DNA from: Paragordius varius
Taxonomy: Eukaryota > Animalia > Nematomorpha
Length of the DNA: 64,000 nucleotides
Assembly (NCBI GenBank): GCA_964247055.1
Contig: OZ176054.1
Coordinates: 12,338,001-12,402,000, forward strand
Direction: 5' to 3'
A program made the translations under genes and the position numbers. Positions within the stretch are counted from its first letter, which is position 1. Each line of letters opens with the position of its first letter. Shown here piece by piece: positions 53,590 to 61,129 of this stretch. The notes beneath the pieces are model-generated. The model worked only from the letters and a program-made list of their open reading frames with translations. It was not told the DNA's origin and ran no database searches.

Positions 53590-56500
53590 TCTATGGAATT
53601 TTTACTGAAAATAACAAAATTCGACTACTAAATATAGTTATTAACACACGATATTTCAGCCAATTTAAACGAAAATTAGATATTAATCTAATTTAAGTTC
53701 AAAATAAAGTTATCTTAATAACTAAATAGGTGTACCCAAAATCTTAGCGAATATCTCTATAATTATAATATACCATTTACAATAAAACACTAAAAATAAA
53801 ATAAAAATTATTCAACCAAGTTTGTTAGTTAATGTAGGCAAATACCCAATATTTCACCCAATTTCACAAAAATTAGTTATCAATTGTCTAATTTTAGTTT
53901 AAAATAAAAGTTATCTTAATAACTTAACAAATGTACCCAAAATCTTAGCCCACATCTCAATAATAATTATCATATCGCCCACCTATGGATAATTTACAAT
54001 AAAATAAAAAGAAAAAATTATTCAATTAATTAATGTAGGCACACAAATACCCGATATTTCGGCCGACTTTGCAAAAATTATGATATCATCTATGGTGAGA
54101 TTGTATTCTTTGAAATTTGCTGGATCAAATGTTAGGTATGGTTTCCTATGTTGCCTATAACTTTCATCGTCAATATCATCTTCATTTTCCTACATCAAAC
54201 AAATTCACAGGAATATATCATGATATTTATACGTGAAAAAATATGTATGAATCCATAATATACATTTATGATCTTTGGGCGTAATTTTATACCAGGAACG
54301 ATTTGAAATGAATATGAATATCTTATAAAGTCTACAAGGTATTAAGCGGAATTTAAAAATATGCTTTCATTAGCTTTTAGGACGCAGGCTTCGTAAAAAA
54401 AAATTTGGAAACAAAATGTAAAATTGTAAAAAAAATCCTCATTTCAAACTTTTTGGCCGCCATTTTTTTTCTTTATATTTTATTAAATCGCTAATACAAT
54501 ATTCAAATAAATGTAAAAAATGAAAATAATATTAGTAAGCTTTCAGATACATTTTAACAGCAAAAACTTGATGTTTATTGATTTTAACATAAGTTGTTTG
54601 TTCGAATCATCTTGGAGAGCTGTGACAATTTTAGGCTCTAGAGTCACAAAACTGTATAACTTATTTAGCCAAAACAGGAAGAGAACAAATATTTGATAAT
54701 TATTTTTATCTAGAATAACTTTCAAAACAGTGGTTGTTCACAAAGCTCTGGCATATAAAACTACCCCAATGTGTCATCGCGGACAAAAAAGTGAAAAAAT
54801 ATAAATATTAACGAAAAAAAAAAGAAAAAGTATAAAATTTATTAATTTTGAAAAAAAATGTTGTCCTTTCAATTGAGCTAAAAAAGTTTTATTAATTACG
54901 AGTAAAATCAACACATCATTAAGATTTAGTACTTTTGTATCTAACAAAGTTATATCCATTGAACACAAAAAATTTTTAAAATAAAATTTATTTATATATA
55001 TATATATATATACATATTCCCATTTTGACTTTTTTACAGTTATTCGAAGAAATTATAGGGACAAAACGTAAAAATTTAAAGACCAATTTTTTAAAATGTC
55101 AATCAACTTACTTTTTTTAAACCTCAAAATATACTCTAATTTATATAAACATTGTAAAATATAATTGATTGTGTTACCAATATACATAAATCTCTAATCC
55201 ATACTTTGCAGTTTTAAACAATGAGTTTTTATGTTAAAAGTATGATGAATGTCTTTTAGAAACAATTATTTGTCTTTATATTTTTACATTTTGTCCGTAA
55301 AATTTCAATTTTTTTCTTTATGTATATGAATCTTACTGTATTTTCATTATCGCCTTTTTGATTGTCATCATCAGGATTATTAATGTTAGTTCCATCCTTA
55401 TAAACAGTTTTAAGGTTTATGAGATATGTAGAATGTATCATGGGTACTTGAAAACAACCTTTATTTTCACGTTTTACGATAGGCATGTAACTATCATCTC
55501 GTTTATAATATCCCTGGATTTTAGCAATACAAAATATAATATTAAATATATATACAGTCATGTATGTATTCTTTATTTTATCAAAAATTATTTCTTTTTT
55601 TCGTTAAATGTGGCGTTATAAATATTTGGTAAAGAATGGAAAAAACAAGAGCTCACTATGGGGTAATTTTTATACTTTTTTGATGAATATGATATTGTTA
55701 ATACCATAGAGCTCTTTCTATACCGCCACATTTAACGAAAGAAAATAAATTTTTGATAAAATAAAGAATACATGACTGTATATATGCATTTTAATGGTTG
55801 CTTATTTCCCACTATAGTTGGTTATTTCGCAAGACAGTAGTTAGTGTCATTATTGCGATCATATTTTACATAAACCAGACTCGTTTTAAACCAAGGTTTC
55901 TGGTTGTTTTAAATGGTTTTATATTTTAAGTCCAGGCTGCTATTTTAAATTCCTCTAATGCAAATTAGAGATTATCAAATATCGCTTATGTTATATTTTA
56001 ATTTTGATATTATAAATGGTGAAATTTTGGATTGTATTGATTCTGGTTTGAAAGTTGTTTAAGGAATGTTCAATCCTAATTTAAAGTGCTAGTTACAATT
56101 AAGTATATGCGCTCATAAATCAAAATTAATATCTGCATAAATTATGTATTTTATATTTACACACCTGTTCAAAAATTACTTAGGAATTAAAAAGCTGCAT
56201 AACGCTTCGATTGAAATTGGGGTAGCTAGGGAGCCCAGACTATATTTAAGTTGATATTATAAAAACTAATGAAAGAAACGATACCATTTTAAATTTATAC
56301 ATCTATCCTAATAAAAAATAATAAGAAGCCAAATATCAAAATAAAATTTTGTTTTAAAAAAAGGTTTCATATATAAAAGTACTTGGACGCCATCATTTTT
56401 ATTTTATAAAAATTTTACAAAGAATCGTGTTTTATTTGGTTCTAACGCCAAAATCAACGTTATTTTTTTATTAAAATCATATCTAACATTGATATAGACA

Positions 56501-59500
56501 CAAAAATGGTTTATTTTGCCTTATGTTTATATTTAGCTAAAATTTACCCATAAAATAAGTAATGTCAAGCGTTTTTAGCATCAATCTTTTTTTATATCAT
56601 ATTTCAGTGTGCATCAATATTATATATTATTTACAATTCAAATTCACCCTTGAATAATTCAATTTCACTCTCAAACAATTCAAATTCACCATAAAAATAA
56701 ATTATGTGGGGGTATAACTCATCATTAATATGGATTATATCTTTATGGCATACTTTATTATTTTTTCAGTACTATTTTAATTTTAAACAAAATTTCATTA
56801 AAAAATGTAAAAAAATATAAGTAATTTTGTCTTAAAAAACACATAATTTATTTTAGGGTGCATTTGAAGTGTTCAAGAATGAATTTGAATTCTTCGAGGG
56901 TTAATTTGAAGTTTAAATGGTATATATAAGTGTTTCAATTTGTTATCCATTTTTTTAACAATATTGAACTTTTTAACAAAGACCCCAATTTGAATCGGAT
57001 GTCTAATATGAATGCGTTGTGTATATGTTATTATCCAGACAATTATGTTTTAAGATTAAATAAATTATAATATCGCTAATTTTGGTAAAACTTAAATACC
57101 ATCCATACATAAACACTTAATTATACATTGTTAATATACCATTTACAATTCAAATTCACCCTTAAACAATAATACTCCCTTGAACAATTCAAATTCACGC
57201 TTATGTTTTTAAGAAATTACCTTTATTTTTATTTTTTTATTTTTATTAAAATAATACTGAAAAAAGTAATAAACTATGCCGTAAAAATATATATTTTATA
57301 TTAATTTATATTAGTTCTAAAACACATAATTTATTTTTAGCGTAAATTTAAATTGTTCAAGGTGAATTTGAACTGTAAATGGTATATTAAAAAATAACGG
57401 TTTATTGTTTTAAGGACGAACAACCTTAAAAGCCTAATAAATGGGCTTAATGAAAATTTTAAGTTTTTTATCAAAAAAAAAGAATAAACTTTGTATTTAA
57501 ACAGCAATATCACTTAAAATTTTATTTATACCTCTTCACCCATGGCACCCCAAAAATTTGAGTAAAGTCCAGACTTGAGCATTGGTGCGACTAGGGGTCT
57601 AAAATAAAATAAAATAATTTATTCCATTTAATAAGTTTGTCATAACAATAACATATCATGTCATGTTAAATTTTAAAAAGTTTTAAATATATATATTAAA
57701 TAATGATTAACTAAATAAAAACAACACTTTTACACATGCGATACAAGTCAAAAGATCAAATATATAATTGAAGTGGTTGAAATCCATTTTTATTTGTCGT
57801 TTTAAACCCGTTAATTTATATATGGTATAAATAAATTTTAAGCATATTATTGCAGTAATATATCTTACTATTATTTTATTTTAAATTTCTTTTCGCGCGA
57901 GTTTATAAAGTAAGGGAACTGGCCATTTAACTGTGTTTTGCAACCAACCACTTTTATACTGTTTAATAATCTCAATTATATTTATCAAAAAAAAACATTA
58001 ATTTTAACTGTAATATAAATTTTAATTACAATGAATGTAAACTATCCATTATCAGGTCACAATAGCTTTCGTATATATATGTATGATATAAGGTGTCAAA
58101 ATATATATATATATTTTATTTTACATTTAATACAGTAGCGTATGGCATAAAACAATATTAGTCCCCATAAAAGAATAAAAAAATGTTTTTTAATAAAACA
58201 AAAACAAATATACAACTAGGCTTGTTTCTTTAAAATAAAAATGCATTTTTTAATTCTTTTATGGGGACTAATATTGTTTTTGCCATACGCTACTGTAAAT
58301 GTGATGCAGTCATAACACGTATTTAGTGCAGAGTTTACGAAGATGAGACATCTGGTTTAAATCAAGATAATTAAATGTATGTCTAATTAAAACAAACATT
58401 TTTAAAATTCATATATGGCATTTTGAAAACACGTAATTATAATACATTAGCGTATGGCATAAAACATTATTAGTCTCTATAAAAGAATAAAAAAATGTTT
58501 TTTTTGAAAAAAAAACAACCCTAGTTGTATATACACAAAACATTTTTTTATTTTTATGGTGGACTAATATTGTTTTATGCCATACGCTACTGTAATTACT
58601 CCTTTAAGGTAAAATATTATTGCTGGAAATTATGGTTTTAAAGCCTATCCCCATAATATTCATACCAAAACCAACTACTTTATACTAGAATTATATTATA
58701 TTTTTTTTAGAATGTTTATAGAGCCAAATAAGAAACTGTATTAAACATATGAATAAAAAAAGACAAAAATCAAAAATATTATTTTTGCTTACCATTCCAC
58801 ATTTAAAGATGGTAGAAATCGTGTGCATTTAATCACTCGAAGAAATAAATTATAAGAACCTCAAATATATAAAAGCATTGAGTTTACAATATTCAACTCA
58901 TACTAAGTAAAAAGTAGCCTTAGATTACCCCCATGGAGTATCAATATGGCGAATATAAAATACTTTTTAAACGAAAAGTCTCCTACCCTTTATGATAATA
59001 TAGTAATGTCATAATGTCAAAAAAAGTTAAGTTAAGTTAAGTTAACCACTTTAAATAAATATACGATTAAATATATTGTGTGTGTGTGACAATGATTATC
59101 AGCATAATTAATTAATAGGTGGCAAACGAGAAAAAAACTAACATAAACTTCAACAAGCATACATATTCGTTTATTTTAATTAATTTCTGACACAAAACAT
59201 ATGCTTGAATCTTGGTGTTTAAGAGAAACGTTATCTTGAAGTCACATTAAAAAAATTGTTTTAAAAACAGCCACAAAAAGTATTTATATTGTCTCAAGGA
59301 CCATATAATAATACCAATATAAATTTATATATAGCTATTTGACACATTTCCCGATATTTATATACTCAAATTAAATGTATGCAAAAAAATTTATACATAT
59401 ATATATATATAATATATTCAGGACAACAAAAAAGCACTTTTTTAGACCGCGGTTTAAGTACCACTAATATAAACTACCAAGCAAAATCTATCTCGCAAAA

Positions 59501-60960
59501 ATGTATTTCGCGATTTGTTTAACTTCTATTTGTCGATTTGGTCGCTAAAAAACTGGATAGATTTATCAAATATTATGCAATACAATCATCAATCCTAATT
59601 GTATAAAATTAATTAGGATTTGAAAAAAACGCTATAAAAAATATAATAGATTGTTTTGAATTAAATTGCAAAAAAATATTTTTTAGTATATTTTACAAGA
59701 ATTTTTTTAAAGCCAAAATAGATAGCCATTTCCTAATTTATGCAACATAAAAAAATATTTCCACGAGAACAAGGGTAGTAATTAAAACGATGCAATCTGA
59801 ATTTAATATATATATATATTTCATATTTTAATTATATCAAAATTTTTAAGAAACCAAACCAAAAAATATGGATAAAAGGACGCACCTTAAATCTTACATA
59901 AATGGAATAATTAAAACAACAAGAAAAGAGCCAAATTTATTCATGTAAAAAAAATTAAAAATTCCACATTTAAAAAATAAAGGCTAATATATATATAATT
60001 AGGTGATACGTTTTTTAATAATATTAATGCAATACATATATATATGGGTCAACTAACGTTAATATAAAATATTTAATAAATTAATAATTTTAGTGAAGGA
60101 GAGCGATTATAATTAAAGTAAAATTAATTTTTTTTCTTAAATTTAAAACCAAACCAAAAAAACATACATGGTCTTTTGCATAATAATATAAATTATTAGA
60201 TAAGTTAAAATTACTACATTAATAAAAAAATTATTTTTTAAAGCACACAGAAAAAATTATAATTTTCCATTAATATTCACATTCATAGGGAGAAGGAATA
60301 ATAGTTAGTTTGCGTTTGAAAAAAAAACTAGATAAAGCCAGATGGTGATCCCATTACATTACATAACATAAGCAAAAAAAAAATAAATTAAAATTAAAAA
60401 AAAATTAAGAAGAAAACTTACAAATTTGTGTTGATTAGAAAGTTCAAAGTCTCCTTGTTCACTATGAAATTGTCCATATCGATAAACTAACATAAAATAT
60501 TAATAAAAAATACAAATATGTAATCCATTTTAAGTTCCAAAGCACTTCTAAGGGCTTTTTCTTTCGTTTCAATCAAATGTTTATATCTTTCCGGTGGCCA
60601 ATCAAACGGCCCGATTTCTTCGTCATATTTGGTTGATTTTTCTATATTTTGAAATTTGATCAATACCATTCAGGAATAAGCCAATCTCAGAATACTCCTC
60701 CTGCACCTTGTTAGCCCATTCTTTGATAATGTTAGTGGTGTTATCAACATTGTGATCACTCCATATCCTAATTTTTATCCATAATTATACCATAATGTAA
60801 TATTTTTCTTTGGGTAATTTAAATTATAAAGCGTTTCCAAAAAATAGGGCAAAAGTTTTTCTTTGTTTCTTGCTAATAAGGGAATCGCAACTTTTTGCGT
60901 ATTGGCCGGGTCGATTATTAAAAAACCGATAAAAATTAAAAAATTCAAATCAAATTTCAT
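46302..60960 (-). CDS. COLGALT1: Procollagen galactosyltransferase (COLGALT/GLT25D, GT25 family); 14 exons, 1926 nt, 641 aa
   Basis: Spliced manually; all 13 introns are GT-AG and phases are consistent. Recognisable COLGALT motifs occur in order: LLARN..LPYFL, WSDHNVDNT, DEEIGPFDW, FIDMDN (DxD), VAPML..LYSNFWGAM, GYYKR, GCFQVPMIHSTYLI, DDIIIFA, MYVCN, MGFDKIYMINL, GEIGCFLSH, LIFEDD, YLGRKR, DYSYWTLSY, PVDEYLP, YPTHYTGDDGYFSDTE. N-terminal hydrophobic signal or anchor; C-terminal REEL ER-retention motif. Orthology to COLGALT1 versus COLGALT2 is not resolvable. Confidence 0.95.
47490..47804. mobile_element. MITE family B, degenerate copy (intron 13)
   Basis: AATTCAAATTCACC repeats on the left, GGTGAATTTG on the right, and the internal AATATATTTTTATGGCATAGT core shared with other copies; ends approximate. 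Confidence 0.65.
47841..48080 (-). CDS. COLGALT1: COLGALT exon 13 (YLGRKR...MFDMHP)
   Basis: ORF 47837..48076; acceptor TAG|T, donor GA|GTAAAT. Confidence 0.92.
48100..48350. repeat. Degenerate A-rich local duplication (~150 bp x2) in intron 12
   Basis: AGGAAAAAACTGT at ~48,101 and ~48,252; AAAAAGGTATAAGC occurs three times. Confidence 0.6.
48849..48976 (-). CDS. COLGALT1: COLGALT exon 12 (VLAQDYKKVLIFEDDIRF...WDL)
   Basis: FEDD motif; acceptor TAG|GTA, donor AT|GTAAAC. Confidence 0.92.
48981..49018. repeat. (TA)n microsatellite; others at ~40,049, ~47,464, ~49,586 and ~53,560
   Basis: Direct read. Confidence 0.9.
49062..49340. mobile_element. MITE family B (intron 11)
   Basis: TACCATTTACAAG...GTAAATGATA with the family B core; ends approximate. 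Confidence 0.7.
49419..49551 (-). CDS. COLGALT1: COLGALT exon 11 (NLNAS...GEIGCFLSHFFIWRE)
   Basis: GT25 GEIGCFLSH motif; acceptor TAG|G, donor GAA|GTATAT. Confidence 0.92.
50257..50472. mobile_element. MITE family B (intron 10)
   Basis: TA|TACCATT...GGGTGAATTTAAACTGTAAATAGTA|TA. Confidence 0.72.
50496..50602 (-). CDS. COLGALT1: COLGALT exon 10 (IYMINLAKRPERRTRM...GVDG)
   Basis: Start of the GT25 domain; acceptor CAG|ATT, donor AA|GTATAT. Confidence 0.92.
50707..50964. mobile_element. MITE family B (intron 9)
   Basis: TA|TACCATTTACAATTC...GAATTGTAAATGGTA|TA; TA target duplication. Confidence 0.8.
51290..51554. mobile_element. MITE family B (intron 9, second copy)
   Basis: ATCATTTACAATTC...GGGTGAATTTGAATCGTAAATAGTA. 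Confidence 0.72.
51817..51899 (-). CDS. COLGALT1: COLGALT exon 9 (DYGNG...MGFDK)
   Basis: Acceptor TAG|AT, donor AAG|GTATAT; lies within ORF 51796..52065. Confidence 0.88.
52364..52483 (-). CDS. COLGALT1: COLGALT exon 8 (IPMYVCNNETFGY...LEIL)
   Basis: Acceptor CAG|GT, donor A|GTAAGT. Confidence 0.9.
52582..52852. mobile_element. MITE family B (intron 7)
   Basis: TACCATT...TTGTAAATGGTA|TA with the family B core. Confidence 0.72.
53640..54087. repeat. Degenerate ~200-bp tandem triplication overlapping the exon 7 donor end
   Basis: AAAGTTATCTTAATAACT...GTACCCAAAATCTTAGC recurs at ~53,705 and ~53,907. Variants of GATATTTCGGCCGAC at ~53,650, ~53,850 and 54,053. Confidence 0.65.
54051..54189 (-). 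CDS. COLGALT1: COLGALT exon 7 (ENEDDIDDE...DDIIIFAKSAEIS)
   Basis: Acceptor TAG|GAA, donor G|GTATTT. Confidence 0.88.
55037..55322. mobile_element. MITE family A (intron 6), inverted relative to the 45,678 copy
   Basis: TA|CAGTTATTCG...GGACAAAACGTAAAAATTTAAAGAC and TGTCTTTATATTTTTACATTTTGTCCG TIRs; internal GTGTTACCAATAT matches the reverse complement of the intact copy. Confidence 0.72.
55337..55513 (-). CDS. COLGALT1: COLGALT exon 6 (GYYKR...GDNENT)
   Basis: Acceptor CAG|GGA, donor ACA|GTAAGA; lies within ORF 55256..55561. Confidence 0.88.
55555..55778. mobile_element. MITE family D (~224 bp, long TIRs; intron 5)
   Basis: TA|CAGTCATG...TTCGTTAAATGTGGCG and CGCCACATTTAACGAA...CATGACTG|TA; ~65-bp inverted arms and TA duplication. 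Confidence 0.8.
56625..56922. mobile_element. MITE family B (intron 5)
   Basis: TTTACAATTCAAATTCACCCTTG...TTTAAATGGTA|TA; left end approximate. Confidence 0.72.
57137..57384. mobile_element. MITE family B (intron 5, best-preserved copy)
   Basis: TA|TACCATTTACAATTCAAATTCACCCTT...AAGGTGAATTTGAACTGTAAATGGTA|TA. Confidence 0.82.
57532..57598 (-). CDS. COLGALT1: COLGALT exon 5 (PLVAPMLKSGLYSNFWGAMGEE)
   Basis: T-rich acceptor TTTTAG|A, donor GAG|GTATAA; YSNFW motif. Confidence 0.9.
58133..58295. mobile_element. MITE family C (163 bp; intron 4)
   Basis: TA|CAGTAGCGTATGGCATAAAACAATATTAGTCCCCATAAAAG...CTTTTATGGGGACTAATATTGTTTTTGCCATACGCTACTG|TA; ~40-bp near-perfect TIRs and TA duplication. Confidence 0.88.
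58445..58592. mobile_element. MITE family C, second copy (148 bp)
   Basis: TA|CATTAGCGTATGGC...GCCATACGCTACTG|TA. Confidence 0.85.
60422..60486 (-). CDS. COLGALT1: COLGALT exon 4 (FIDMDNFIVNKETLNFLINTN)
   Basis: DxD motif; donor TT|GTAAGT. Confidence 0.9.
60487..60513 (-). other. 27-nt spliceosomal intron (intron 3)
   Basis: GTATTTTTTATTAATATTTTATGTTAG; removal joins MDYIF to FIDMDN, retention gives an in-frame TAG. Confidence 0.87.
60514..60641 (-). CDS. COLGALT1: COLGALT exon 3 (EKSTKYDEEIGPFDW...MDYIF)
   Basis: Acceptor ATAG|AA, donor TTT|GTATTT; overlaps ORF 60487..60669. Confidence 0.9.
60642..60666 (-). other. 25-nt spliceosomal intron (intron 2)
   Basis: GTATTGATCAAATTTCAAAATATAG; removal corrects the frame between EWANKV and DEEIGP. 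Confidence 0.82.
60667..60767 (-). CDS. COLGALT1: COLGALT exon 2 (IWSDHNVDNTTNIIKEW...FLN)
   Basis: Acceptor TTAG|G, donor G|GTATTG; carries the DHN-DNT motif. Not present in the ORF track. Confidence 0.9.
60768..60790 (-). other. 23-nt spliceosomal intron (intron 1)
   Basis: GTATAATTATGGATAAAAATTAG; removal joins ITLW to IWSDHN, retention gives a TAA stop. Confidence 0.85.
60791..60960 (-). CDS. COLGALT1: COLGALT exon 1 (MKFDLN...ITLW, phase 2)
   Basis: ATG at 60,960; donor TG|GTATAA. Confidence 0.9.
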
Positions 60961-61129
60961 CTGATACTAAACGCTTTTTTAAAAAATAAAAGTACTCCCG
61001 TATGTTTTAAATATAACAAAATTAAATATATATCGAAAATTTTCTAGTGGTTAAAAAAACAAACCATAAGGTACAGAAATATAACACAACAAAATTGTTC
61101 CATAAAAATTTCATTTTTTTGTTTTTAAC
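60961..61129. promoter_or_regulatory. Candidate bidirectional promoter and 5' UTRs between divergent COLGALT and GPCR start codons
   Basis: Only 169 bp separate ATG 60,960 (minus) from ATG 61,130 (plus). No specific core-promoter motif can be asserted in such AT-rich DNA. Confidence 0.5.

Noticed and set aside
54543-54968. ORFs 54543..54725 and 54774..54968 in intron 6 as extra exons or retroelement protein
   Set aside because: Exons 6 and 7 join in phase without them and I recognise no domain. They may be a decayed TE fragment, but this is unsupported.
58790-58830. Candidate COLGALT exon ending TGT GGA ATG|GTAAGC (CGM-like)
   Set aside because: There is an upstream in-frame stop and no YSNFW motif. 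The true exon 5 at 57,532-57,598 fits both motif and phase.
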